A stretch of DNA of 59,713 bases, the filler included, from Porpidia crustulata (Eukaryota): NCBI GenBank assembly GCA_964255105.1. It is 7 parts of 7 records of this genome, joined end to end, with 100 filler letters (N's around TTAATTAATTAA, not from the genome) between each part and the next. Parts side by side here need not be neighbours in the genome. Positions count along the whole stretch, not along the records: positions 25,653 to 34,100 come from CAXUWE010001118.1; positions 34,201 to 42,642 come from CAXUWE010001119.1; 5 more parts are not named here. The stretch is one strand, 5' to 3'. Every line of letters starts with the position of its first letter. Position 1 is the first letter of the stretch. Under the pieces are notes generated by a model, which did no database searches, was not told the DNA's origin, and saw only the letters and a list, made by a program, of their open reading frames with translations. Shown piece by piece: positions 25,553 through 37,504 of the stretch. Made by a program: the position numbers and the translations under genes.

Positions 25553-25652
25553 NNNNNNNNNNNNNNNNNNNNNNNNNNNNNNNNNNNNNNNNNNNNTTAA
25601 TTAATTAANNNNNNNNNNNNNNNNNNNNNNNNNNNNNNNNNNNNNNNNNNNN
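25553..25652. other. Artificial contig spacer
   Basis: N44-TTAATTAATTAA-N44. Confidence 0.99.
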
Positions 25653-26980
25653 CAAACATAAGCTATGGTTGCACGATAGCTGGGGATAGATACCTGGTAG
25701 GGACGAGAAGCCGACGTTGGTGCTGAAGTACATGATCTTGGTTTGGATTAGCAACGTCTAGAGTTAAAAATAGTAGATTAATGAACCAGCTTACTGCCGT
25801 AAACCAGCACTTCAAATCCAACAAAGCAGCCGCAACATCCTTCCACACAACCCCGCCCGCACCCTCCGCACCACCAACCTGCCTCACCCCTCTCGCCGCC
25901 GCGGCAACCTTCTCCTCCTCGGTCAGAAACCTTGCCGTTCCCGGCGAATCCGGCAAAAACGCAAACGCCACCGCCGCCATGACGATCGTGGGGAGGCCTT
26001 CGACCAAAAGCAGCAGGCGCCAGTTCGCGAGATGCGAATGCCCGGATGTGATTCCATACGCCAAAGCACCTATCGAGCAGAACTCAGCTACGCGTGGGTT
26101 GGAGATGGGGAAGAAAAAGATTGGGCTGGCGCCGTACCTGCGAAACAGTTTGCCAGAGGAGCAGCAGCTAGGAAGATACCGCAGCGCAAACCCAATTCAT
26201 GCCGGAGGTAGAAGAATGATAGGAAAAAGGGTACACCTGGCCCGAAGCCGGCTTCGAACACGCCGAGGAAGAAACGACCTTTTATGATTTCGGGGTTAGC
26301 GATCCTCTTCCACTGTCAATCTACGAATCTTGCTTCACGGATCATGAGGAGCGATTGGACTAGAACATATCGGCTTGGAAAGGCCACCTACATGCCATTT
26401 CTCCTGCCCATGACTGCGTCGCAGATTGCAAGGTGGCGATCAAGCCCCAGCAGAAAACGACAAAGGCGCACCAGATGTGGGGGGGAACGACCTTCCACAT
26501 TAAAGTGAGAGGTTCGAAGAGAATGTAGGAGATGTAGAAGATTGTCAGGAACCAATTGTACCGGTTTCCGGTGAGTTCCAGGTCTTTTTGCATTCCTGCG
26601 ATTCGGGCATTGCTGTCCGTCGGTTTAGCATCGGCTTTTCTACATGAATTTTGTTACATTCTGGGGACCACAAGTATGAAATACTGACCCGATATTCGAG
26701 CGGTCCAGGAAAGAAAGCAGATCTATTGTAAGCAGTCAAGACAAACCCCAGCTTTCGTTCCGAGGGGATACAAACACAAGGCTGTGACAAGTGGAAGGAC
26801 ATGCCAGTCCAGCTTTCTTCTAACCGTCCTTTCCATCTCTGGGTCAATGTCCGGTTGATTCGCAGTCTCCAGCGCCGCCTCCGCCCGAAGTTCTTTAAGA
26901 CTTGCATTTTCCTTGGAATCTTCGGCGACAGCAGTTGGTGTAGCTGGGGGAACCCGTTGAAACTTTCCCAAGAATCCCAT
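25653..26980 (-). CDS. MFS transporter, anion:cation symporter family (allantoate/nicotinate permease-like), multi-exon, 3'-truncated
   Basis: Motifs RKLDWHVLPLV, FLDRSNIG, NARIAGMQKDL, RFFLGVFEAGFGPG, WRLLLLVEGLPT, LPDSPGTARFLT and MYFSTNVGFSSLP. Confidence 0.9.
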
Positions 26981-27397
26981 TGTGGATGATTTTGGGAGGA
27001 TGTCGTTCGTATCGTGGGGTTAGCGAGGTCATTGAGTATCAGCAAGGGATTTGTACAACCCAAGTAGCTGTCACGCAACCTTAAAGTATGCATGACCATG
27101 GATTGACTTGTGCGGGGTTCACGCATGATGGTAGATGGAGCAACATCGACCATCGGCGATGAAAAATAAGACGGAGGTTTTCAATTGGGAGAGGTTCCTG
27201 ACTATCAAACCACCAGTGGAACAACTCCGTTACGCAACCAATTCCCGGATCTTTGAAATCGAATATATCCTCGGTATTAATGCAATATGAACAGAATGCC
27301 TTTCATCTCAGTAAGCTAATAACCACAAGTTCTAAAAGTTACACTGGTAGTCCCAACGCTCCGGAATGCATATCACAAAAGACGAAATTGGACTCGC

Positions 27398-28474
27398 TCA
27401 GAGCGCACTGGTGACGTTGGAGAACCTGAGTAGGGTGTTAGTGTACGAAAAATTATGGATATAGGGTGGTAAGGGCTTACTCGTTCTTCTCAAGCTTCGT
27501 TTTCCAGAATATGGGATTTGTGTCCTTGATCGGAATTAGTACGGATTGATGGAGTTGAATACTCCAGGACTACTCACGTTGAATCCATGCTTGACCCACC
27601 CGTCCTCCTTGACATGATATAGATTGATGAAGCCTCCGGAGTAAGCATCCCTATGCGTAGCGGCCAAGATACTTCTTCGCCCCAATTCCAGAGCCTCTTC
27701 TTCCTTTAAATCATAATGGTATTCGGCATCCAATACTCCGTATGCAAAGGTCTGTCCTGAACCTACGCAGAAAAGGTTGCCCGCCAGTCGTGTGCCGTCG
27801 GAGTCGATGTAGTAGAGCGCTGGTCCTTCTTGTGGTGTGACACCCGCGCACATTGTCCCCATACTTAGTCCCTGCCCTTTGTAGGAGTAGACAAGATTCG
27901 ATAAGATTTTGGATGCGGCAGCCACTGATATTCGGCGCTTGTGCCGAAGTTCGTGTAATCGACATTGCATTCCAAGATAAGCCAGCCAGTATTGACAGTC
28001 CTATTGATAACATCATGAGATTGAGCCACCCTGGTCATTTGGTGGATGAGCTTACCGCGGCACCGCCAGCCATTGTCCCTAATAGACAGTTATTGATTTC
28101 AATAACCTTCTTGACGGTCTGACTAGCAATCCAGTTCCCAGCTGTTGCTCTTGAGTCGGTAGCGACAATAATACCCCCTTGAAAGCGAAAGGCGAGTGTA
28201 GTGGTGCCGTGTGCGAGCTTGATGGGACAGTTCGGATTTGCATGATCATCTGTTGTTGCGCGAAGAAAGGCGGCAGGCTAGATTCATCCATTAGAACTGG
28301 TTTCAAGAAGGTCACCAAAGCAGGAAAAAGAGCGGAAAATACATTGGGCATGGAAGGTAATGCGAATCTTAGAGACAGTGGAGGCATTGATCCTGAGAGC
28401 TCCTGCTGCTCCTCCCAAGAGTAAGCCTCTTGTTGATACACCGGTCGACTATAATGCGCTACGAGTGTGTCCAT
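27398..28474 (-). CDS. PRE2: 20S proteasome subunit beta5 (chymotrypsin-like), multi-exon
   Basis: Propeptide followed by [57 protein letters not shown], ending FSNVTSAL*. Confidence 0.97.
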
Positions 28475-28608
28475 GGTCGCTGCTTGATCTAATATGAGGG
28501 ACTTCAGAAAGAGGTTGAGGAAGGAAAATGACTATCGACGACTTGTAGCTTCTATGCTCCAGGCAAGCTCATCACGTCTGCACATCGACAGAAGCGCGCT
28601 AGGGTAGC

Positions 28609-28616
28609 TGAGTCAT
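28609..28616. promoter_or_regulatory. TGAGTCAT, a Gcn4/CpcA-type (AP-1-like) motif in the divergent PRE2-NAB2 intergenic region
   Basis: Exact ATGACTCA reverse complement; function is inferred only. Confidence 0.3.
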
Positions 28617-28854
28617 CGGGTTATCCCGCTGCGCCAGTGCTAGATTAACATTGCGGCTTCGATTTTGAACTGCGCCATATTCACTGTACTTCGGAGCTTT
28701 ATTGAAACGTTTGAACAATCAAATCCAACACACAGCTTTGCAGATGCTCCCGAGAAGTTTGCAAAGACGATAGACCAGACGACCACTTGTACTGTCCATT
28801 ACTTTGAGTCCATTGGTAGCCTTCACCTTACATCCCTCCCCCTCCTCTCTCGTG

Positions 28855-30542
28855 ATGGGTGTCGAAGTTACCCTCAACACGCCGCTCGCTGAAGCGCTCA
28901 GCCATGTGGTTCAGCCAAAACTGTCAGAAGTCGGATGGAGTACTGGCGGGCTGGATGACTCAGCGCTGGGAGAATACATCATCCTGATGTTGGTGAATGG
29001 CAAGACACAAGAACAGATCGCTGCGGAGCTCTCAAATGATCTACTCAACCTCGGACCAGACGACTCTGGAGCTACAGACTTCTCGAGGTGGTTATTCGAA
29101 CAAGTGGAGCTGCTGAACAATCAGCTTAATGGGAGTTTTGTGCAACAAGCACCACCAACACAAGTGGAAGGTGTACAATCACATCCCAATGGCGGAAGGC
29201 CACTGCAGGAAGACAGCAGGCAGTCAGAGAATCCTAGTACTCTTGATGCAGACATCGGCGAAGCTATGGATGGTGTTCAGGAAGGCAATATGTAAGCATT
29301 CCATAAAAAGTGATAATTCCTGCCCTCTTATTACTTACATAATTTCGTAGACCGACTGGACCAAAATCTATGCGCAACAATGGGAGGACTGGCAATAAGA
29401 GGCTGATAGGGCATCTATCGAAAGCGATGGACAGATCTAATGATGCGGTACTCCACCGTGTCCGACCTCAACAGGGTACAGAGCGTATCAACATGCATAA
29501 TAGGCAACCGCCAAAGGGTCCTCGGAACGATCCTTCTCGAAATCAGAGGATGCTACCAAACGGGAGACCAATGGGTATGGCGAATGGGGCAATGTCAAAC
29601 GGTGGCCATGGCGCTCCGCTGGTGCAGATGACACCGCAGCAGCAGATGTCACTGATAGCCATGTACGAAGAACAGGCACGGATGATGACCCAGATATTCT
29701 CACCCCAGCAACAGCAGCTTTTCATGCCGCGCCTGGCGCAACCTGCAATGAATCCAGCGTTTCAGAATGGCCATGCACAAATAAACCAACCGGGGAGATC
29801 GCTTTTCGACAGAGTAGAGAAAAATCCGAACCGGCAGAATGGTGTCTTCAACAAACGTCCCAATCATACTGGCGGTCCCTTCAGTACAGGAACTCCGCGC
29901 AACGTTGGTCATACTGGCGATTCGCTTCATGCATCTACCAACGGCGATCTGTCATCATCTATGGAAGTGGAGAGCTCTCAAACCACCGCGTCAGAACCAT
30001 CCTCTGACACCATCTGCAAATTCAACTTAAGTTGTACAAAGAAAGACTGCCCATTTGCCCATCAGTCGCCCGCCGCTCCTGTAGGCACTGCCATTGATGT
30101 TACCGATCAGTGCCCCTTTGGTGCTGCCTGCAAGAACCGGAAATGCGTCGCACGTCATCCGTCGCCAGCCCAGAAAGCGGTGCATCATGCCGAACAGGAG
30201 TGCAAATTCTTCCCCAATTGTACGAACACTTCGTGTCAATTTCGCCATCCAACCATGCCAATGTGTCGGAACGGTGCAGATTGCACGAGAGAAGGCTGCA
30301 AATTCACCCATGTCAAGATAATGTGCAAGTTCAACCCGTGTCTAAACCCAGCGTGTCCTTACAAACATGTGGAGGGCCAGAAGAGAGGAGTCTTCGATGA
30401 CAAGGTCTGGGTAGCAGACGGTGGACAGGGAAAAGGCCATGTCAGTGAAAGGAAGTTTGTGGATGAAGAGATGGTCGGTGAGGAGTTGATTGTTACAACC
30501 GGTAGTCAGCCATCAAGCTTGGGCGCTGAAGTGGTCACATGA
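28855..30542 (+). CDS. NAB2: Nuclear poly(A) RNA-binding protein Nab2 (PWI-like N-terminus plus tandem CCCH fingers), 2 exons
   Basis: Motif LGEYIILMLVNGKTQEQIA; intron 29292-29350; repeated CKF..C..C.FxH CCCH fingers. Confidence 0.92.
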
Positions 30543-30981
30543 TTTGTCTTTCACAATTGTACAAATTCGGGAAGGCTTCGCAGGTATGAATTAGGATTGA
30601 AAGCACTTGCGCTGGACTGCGGTGGTTATATTAGGCATTGGAACTGGCGTTGGACGTCTTCTGGGGATCGCTTCTAGGTACTCCAGAGATCAATCTTGAT
30701 GTTTATACCTTACTCTGTGATACATTTATAATTTGGATCATCGACTCTTATCATTTTCCGGTTAAGATTGTATCTTCACGTCAATTTCATCAATGCTAAA
30801 TAGATGATAGATATTGAACGCGATAGATTCTAAGAGATTCATCTTGTCACATGTGACTAGGCACGTGCCTACGGCCGCGGCCCTTCTCTTCCTCCGATGA
30901 TCTGCTCGACCTCATCAACATTTCGTAAGGGCAAGTATAATAGATACTATAATCTGTAGGTGGGATCCGCTCACTTTCTTC

Positions 30982-32882
30982 ATGCATAGATCAATTGTTT
31001 CCTCAAGAGTCCAGGTCAACATCTTAGAAATCTTGCTAGAGAAATGCTACACCACTCCTGCATGCCAAAAACACATTTCACGTAGAAGCTATTCAACGGG
31101 ACCTGGTCCATTGAGTACCAATAATGAAATTACGGACGTTGCAGTACTCGGAGGTGGTATCACGGGTCTGGCGAGTGCATATTACCTCACTCAACAGCTA
31201 CCTCACGCCCGGATCACCCTTTTCGAAAGCACATCAAGAGTCGGTGGCTGGCTGCATTCAAAGCAACTTGACATAGGCAGTGGCAAGGTCCTGTTTGAAC
31301 AAGGACCCCGTAGTCTTCGACCATCTGTGCCAAATGGTATGGTGACTTTAGATTTGGTGTGTTCCGTGCATTGCGTCACATCTACTGTACTGATTTTGGA
31401 GACCAGGTCCACGACCTGGGGCTTGAAGATCAAATTTTGACGACTTCTAAGGGATCTCCTGCTGCCCAAAACAGGTTTCTGTATTATCCGGATCATCTTG
31501 TGCGCATGCCAGGCCCTGGTATCTCTGTGCTACAAAACGTCATTGATATACTAATCGAGCCTATATTCAGAGGCATTCTGACGGGGGCATATGGAGAGAT
31601 TTTTAAGCCGCAGCGATCGAAGGCCCTTGGAGATGAATCCGTTGGGTCTTTTGTCTCTCGCCGATTTGGAAAGCCTTTAGCGGATAAAATCGTATCTGGG
31701 ATCTTGCATGGCATTTACGCTGGTGATAGCTATCAGCTAAGCGTGCGATCTATCCTACCTTCTCTTTGTAATTTTGAAGATCAAGACAAATCACTTATCA
31801 AGGGGGCATGGAAACAAGCTTCAGGTGGGCCAGTCTGTCTTGCTGATGAAGATTTTCAGTGGATGCAAAACCGTGCAAACCAAAATCTGCCAGCAAATCA
31901 CGAAGCAGCGAGGAATTCGAGTATTTTCACCTTCAAGAATGGGATCGGCGAGCTTGCCAGCGCACTAGAGGCCAAACTTGAAGACGATCCAAAAGTGAGC
32001 ATTCAGCGGCAAACGAGCATAGACGAACTCGCGGTAAGAACGGAAGGTTCATCTCCAATGGTATATTACCCACGAGCCCTGTCTTCCACCAGTCAATGCT
32101 TCTCGATCTCGAATCTGTTGCACGCTATTTTGAATCTGACACTTCCCATAACATAGATCCATCTCTCGACTAGTACATACAAAACTAACAAACGTATTCG
32201 ATCCAATAATAATAAGTTCACCCACGTAATCTCCACGATTTCCAGCAAAAATCTGTCCAAGATAGTCCGGCCTGCCGGTAGCCTCTTTGTTCTTTCCCAG
32301 ACCCCCTCGGTAACAGTAATGGTCGTCAACCTCTATTACTCCAACTCATCACTGCTAAAGCTCCACGGATTCGGTTACCTCATCCCTCGCTCCGTCCCAT
32401 TCTCCGCAAACCCAGAATTCGCCCTTGGCGTCATATTTGACTCGGACGCTACCATTGGGCAAGACACCATCCCCGGGACCAAACTCACTGTCATGCTCGG
32501 CGGCCATTGGTGGGACAACTGGGTCGGCTACCCCGACGAAGAAGAAGGCGCGAGCATGGCGAAATCACTCCTGAAACGCCATCTGAACATCGCCGAGGAG
32601 CCGCAGGCCGTCAACGTGTCGCTGCAGAAGGACTGCATCCCGCAGTACACCGTCGGGCATGAGAGCCGCATGTGGCAGGCCAGCGAGAAGCTGGAGCAGT
32701 TCCAGGGCCGCCTGCGCGTCGCCGGCAACAGCTATACCGGAGTCGGGCTCAACGATTGCGTGAGGGCGGCCAATGAAGTCGTGACGAAGCTGGTCAATGG
32801 GACGGGGAGGACCGGGCTCGAAGGGTTCGTGGGGGGGAAGAAGTGGACGTGGGTGGCCAACAAGCCCTTACTTCCGCGTTAG
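30982..32882 (+). CDS. HEM14: Protoporphyrinogen oxidase (3 exons)
   Basis: Motifs VAVLGGGITGL, RVGGW, FEQGPRSLR, HGIYAGD, GFGYLIP, IPQYTVGH and GVGLNDC; introns at about 31357-31406 and 32061-32156. Confidence 0.95.
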
Positions 32883-33377
32883 GGGGTCTCCGCCGTAAAA
32901 ACAGGGCAAGACAATGGTTGGATATTTACGAGTCCTGCCGAATAAAGATTCCGAAGCTTGTCCGTCTCGGCTGCGCTGCCTACACTTCCATGACTTCGGA
33001 CATCTCCCGGAAACGGTCTCGTCCCAACCCGGCCCCCCGCACCGGCGAGCCAGATCCCATCGGCTATAGGAAGAACGTCGACAAAGGCAAATGCATGATA
33101 TCAGACTGCTACCTCTGGGACAAATGCCTCCTGTATAGATAAGCAAATCGGGACGGGATACATCACTATACAGTTGCGAGGAGAGTGTAAGTGGGTGCAA
33201 ATATTAAGTTTATAAGGGATGGTCGAAACTTCATCCATAGGGGGGTATGCGCAGGTTATCTACGTATATTGTGAATACCAGATACTACAACCGACGCATC
33301 GGTTGGCGCTCAATCCATCATCTCTACAATCCCCCATTCGCATTCATATAGATACGTAAATCATTCAATACAACCCA

Positions 33378-33432
33378 TCACACACACACACACGCACACA
33401 CGCACACACATCACATCACATCTCATCTCACA
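33378..33432. repeat. (CA)n / (CACAT)n microsatellite
   Basis: cacacacacacacacgcacacacgcacacacatcacatcacatctcatctcaca. Confidence 0.85.
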
Positions 33433-33851
33433 TCCCTCACCCCAAACCCACCTAAAAAGTCATATAACCTTCAACCCTCGATATTTTATCTAATCAAACC
33501 CTACCCTAACGCCCGTAACGCCCATCTCCTGCCCTGTCCTGAGTAAATGACAAAAATCTACCAGCCTGGGGTATCTATCCCGCCGCCATGCTTCTGTTGC
33601 ACCGGACCGTAAACGCCGTTGAGGGTCGAGAGACCCGGGAAATAATTGGGTGGAGCGTGATTGGGGGGTTCTGGGCTATGGGATGCGTTGCCCTCGCGCC
33701 CCATTCTCGCGGTTCGAATGCCTGTGAGTGTTCCTCGAGCTGCTGCAGGCTCGACCTGATGACCTCCCATCGTCCTCACCAACGCCCCATGTTCAAAACA
33801 AAGCCATTATCCCCAAACCGACTTGTGAATAAACTCCCCCGAAAAACACCA

Positions 33852-34100
33852 TCAGCCATCGTAATCGCCGCCCCGATCCCTGCGCTCCCCCTGAGCGTCG
33901 AAACCGAGCGCGTCCAGCTGCCGGATGAGCTCGTTGATCTTGATGACTTTCTCGAATTGCTCGGGCAGCAGGCTTTCGCCCTTGTCCTTCTTCTCGCGCA
34001 GGTCGCGCGCCTGCCGGATTTTCTTCTTCAGGTTGCGCGCTTGCTTTTCCTTTTCCGCTTCGGGGTCCGGCGGGGTTTCTGCTTCTTTCAGGTTGGCGGG
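33852..34100 (-). CDS. Partner of Y14 and Mago (PYM/WIBG) homologue, C-terminal part
   Basis: The minus frame reads PEAEKEKQARNLKKKIRQARDLREKKDKGESLLPEQFEKVIKINELIRQLDALGFD..*; not in the ORF track. Confidence 0.8.
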   Translation of the reverse strand, partial: PANLKEAETPPDPEAEKEKQARNLKKKIRQARDLREKKDKGESLLPEQFEKVIKINELIRQLDALGFDAQGERRDRGGDYDG

Positions 34101-34200
34101 NNNNNNNNNNNNNNNNNNNNNNNNNNNNNNNNNNNNNNNNNNNNTTAATTAATTAANNNNNNNNNNNNNNNNNNNNNNNNNNNNNNNNNNNNNNNNNNNN
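34101..34200. other. Artificial contig spacer
   Basis: N44-TTAATTAATTAA-N44. Confidence 0.99.
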
Positions 34201-35227
34201 GTGCTTGACTCTGGAGTTTGGAATTGTGAAAAATGTTGGATCAAAGAAATATCAGAAAGAAATATACTGATTAAATTATGGGTTTGAAAGTCCTTTTCTT
34301 CACATTCATGTTCGTGTACACTGCGTGTTTCATCACGACATATTCGCTTACAACGATACACAATCGTACGCATTATCAAAAAGAGTCAGTGCACATCATC
34401 AGCCCAACTACGCCCAGCCGCCCAAAAAGCATTGACTCGCAAACACAACACGTATCATGATATCATTGGTATGACACAGGCTGTAGAACCTAACCTAGCC
34501 CAGCCAAACCACAGCTCAGACTAGCTATCTCTAGACCAGCAGCAACTCTTTTGGTCCACGTACTTGATCAACAAGCGCTATGCAGTCACTGGGTCTCCCC
34601 TATCCCCCTCCTTGAGGCAATCCCCTCGAGAGAAATCCGCTCGGACTGTAGAAGCGCCGCGGAGATGCAGCTCCGACCTATCTAGAACCTTGAACTCTCC
34701 TTGGGATCCTAGTCGAGTGCTTCTCAGCGTCGCTACGGTTTTGTGGAACCTGGAATGGCTAGTCTAATTCTGGTTGCGGAAGTATGAAAAGGGGGAATGA
34801 TTGGAACGTTACGTATACTGATACCGTATCCCTGTACCCCTTTAATCCCGGGCTCTCAAAGACTACCTCTGGATCGACTGAGGATTTTCTTCATCGTCGG
34901 GGCCGACCGATGACGTGGTAGGTTCTAGTCGCTGCGCAAGGGGTGCCGACGGCTACGTTTACATCACTTGTGTATTTCCGTAGAGGCGACTACGGCGAGC
35001 CATTCAAAAATCCCTCACTAGCTTCCCAGCACGCAATGTAATAGTACCAGCTCTTATCAGCCGCCAAGCTCGGGTAAGAAGTAGTAGTGCTTTGGCCACG
35101 AAGAGGGTTTTGAATAGCGAGTTGTAATGCTTGGTTTTTTTATTATATTAACTCTAGGGGCATCGGATGCTGTAACCTTAGGGCCGCAGACTGTTACGTT
35201 TTGCAGACGCCAAGGGAGTGTCGGATT

Positions 35228-36331
35228 CTAGCCATTGATCCACTTCATCCCGGCCGGGTGATATCGGTCGCCCGCCACCTTGCAAGTTGCAAGTATCTGG
35301 TCAATGTCCGCCATATCCTCCTCGTTTAGCTCTGTATCGCTTGCTTTCCCATTCTCAATGACGCGGTCGACCGTCGTAGCCCCAGGGATCGGAATAATTG
35401 TAGGCATTCCCTTTTGCTTCGACAGATTCACCACCCAGGCAAGGGCCAGTTGGGCTAGAGTGCATTTCTTCTTTTGGGCCAAAATCTCAAGTTCCTTGAC
35501 GAGCTTCATATTGTTTTCAAAGTTGGGTGGTTGCAGGCGTGGTAGCATCCTACGGAGGTCCTTTTCGGGAAAATCATCGAAGGATTTGATTTGGCCGCTC
35601 AACATACCACGGCCAATTGGGCAGTAGCTGTCGATAGAACGTTAGCTACTAACAGCCAAATAATCGGACCACTCACGCAATGATTGGAATATTCAAGTCG
35701 GCACATGCTTCGGTGATCCCGTTGAATAGTGGTTCCGTACAAAATAAGGAGATTTCAATCTCCACGGCCACAATTTTCGTAATCTTAGCCGCCGTTCGAA
35801 TGGTATCTGCATTCACCTCGCTTAGAGCAACTCCACCGATTTTACCCTCCTTGACTAGCTCCTCCAGTGTAGCTAGTGTAGTCTCTAGCGGAACATTCGG
35901 GTCTCGACGTCCACATTCAAACATGTCAATCTTTCCATTTCCACCTAGCATATTTATGCAGCGCTCCACACCCTGCCTCACAAACTTTGGGCTACCGTCA
36001 GGGATGAAGCCCGGCCGGAGAGCACCCTTGATATTTAATACCACTTTGTCGGCGTCCTCGGGATACTTCGTATAGTAATCCCTCAATAGGGTAAGCGAAT
36101 TGAGGTCAGGCGACGGCCCGTAGAACTCGCCGCCGTCCCAAAGATTGCAATTTGAAGATAAAGCCGCGCGCATTGCCGCGAAGGATTGCTCTTGGGGTGG
36201 GATGGTAGGACGTGTAGTTAGGCCTACGAATAAATATTAGTGACTGAGACGGCTGAAAGTTCATGGTGGGGAGGACCGAGAAGGCCGTAGCCGATGCTAC
36301 CAACTTTGTGGCCAAGGATTTCGGTAGACAT
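35228..36331 (-). CDS. Aldo/keto reductase, pyridoxal reductase-like (3 exons)
   Basis: Motifs MSTEILGHKVGSIGYGLLG|LTTRP, WDGGEFYG, KVVLNIKG, IDMFECGRRDPNVPLE, GKIGGVALSEV, IIA|YCPIGRGML and IPIPGAT. Confidence 0.92.
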
Positions 36332-37504
36332 CGTTGTGAAGCTCGACGTGGCTCTTCAAAAGAGAGGATGACGGTGGGAGGCGAAGCAAAGTCTTCAGGG
36401 AGGGTGTGGATGCATGTAAGGAAGGAAGAGCGGAGTGAGGGGAGTGAGTTGATCGATGTAGAGGAGTTGAGTCATGGGAAAAGAGTAGAAGAGAAATGAG
36501 AGTGGGTGGTGAGAAGCTAGAAGCTGGAAGATAAAAGTAGCTGCCACGACACGGCCGGCGAAATCGATAGGATACGGACGCCGATAGGCCAAATAATTTC
36601 AAAGCTTGAAGAGCAAGGACACCATTTCTAAGTAACCCAGATCGACCGAGTCATCGAGGGTATCGGTTTCGGAGCCCGAAGCCGCATATTCTAGCGACAA
36701 GGAAAAAGGGCCGAAGGAGCGAAAGAGAGCGAGTTGAGACGGTAAACGGGGAATTGCCTTGCTATCAAACCTTCTGCAGGTAGAACAGCATGAAGCAGCG
36801 ACTGCAGGTTTCACAGCATATCGTTATCATGAGTTACTCTACTCTTCCATCGCCAAAACAGTGTCGCCACTCAACTCCGAATCAAAGCAGTACATTTTGC
36901 ATTTTTTTTCTTTTCAAAATAGGGTTTAGGGTTATGCAACGGTGCAACGTTGCTTTCCTTCGGCCCCTAACCTAGTCTTCCCGAAACGGGCCGAAAGTCA
37001 ATCCGAAAGGCAGTCCGGGATTAATGTGTGCGTTAGGGTATGAACTTATGCGTTCGGGTGTGCATTTGACTTGTGCATCCAATTGTGCAGTACATTTGTG
37101 CAATAAGTAGTGCATTAGGTTGTGTATCAAGGTTATGCCGAGTGAAAGCGAAAACCCCATCAAAACGTTAATGTCCCTTTTCCATAGCGTGGGGGATTGT
37201 GATGTGGTCGTGTGCAATACCTACGCCATCAAGAAGGTGACAGAGAAGCAAAGGTCCGGCTTTGGCATCGGCGGGCGTGTTCTGAGCGGATCCGTTTCCA
37301 CACATGCCGTTGAACGAGCAAATATGGTCGATGCTCAACGTCAGTCAAGTTTTCATCACAAATCGATGGCTCTGCCACGAGAAAATCATCTGCGTCGCAG
37401 TAACGTGACGCAGCAAATGCGCATCATTTTGGACGTGATGCGCGCGTGTCAGTCAGGCATGGTTCAACTCATGAATTACGCAAATCGGATTTACCCATCG
37501 CTAC

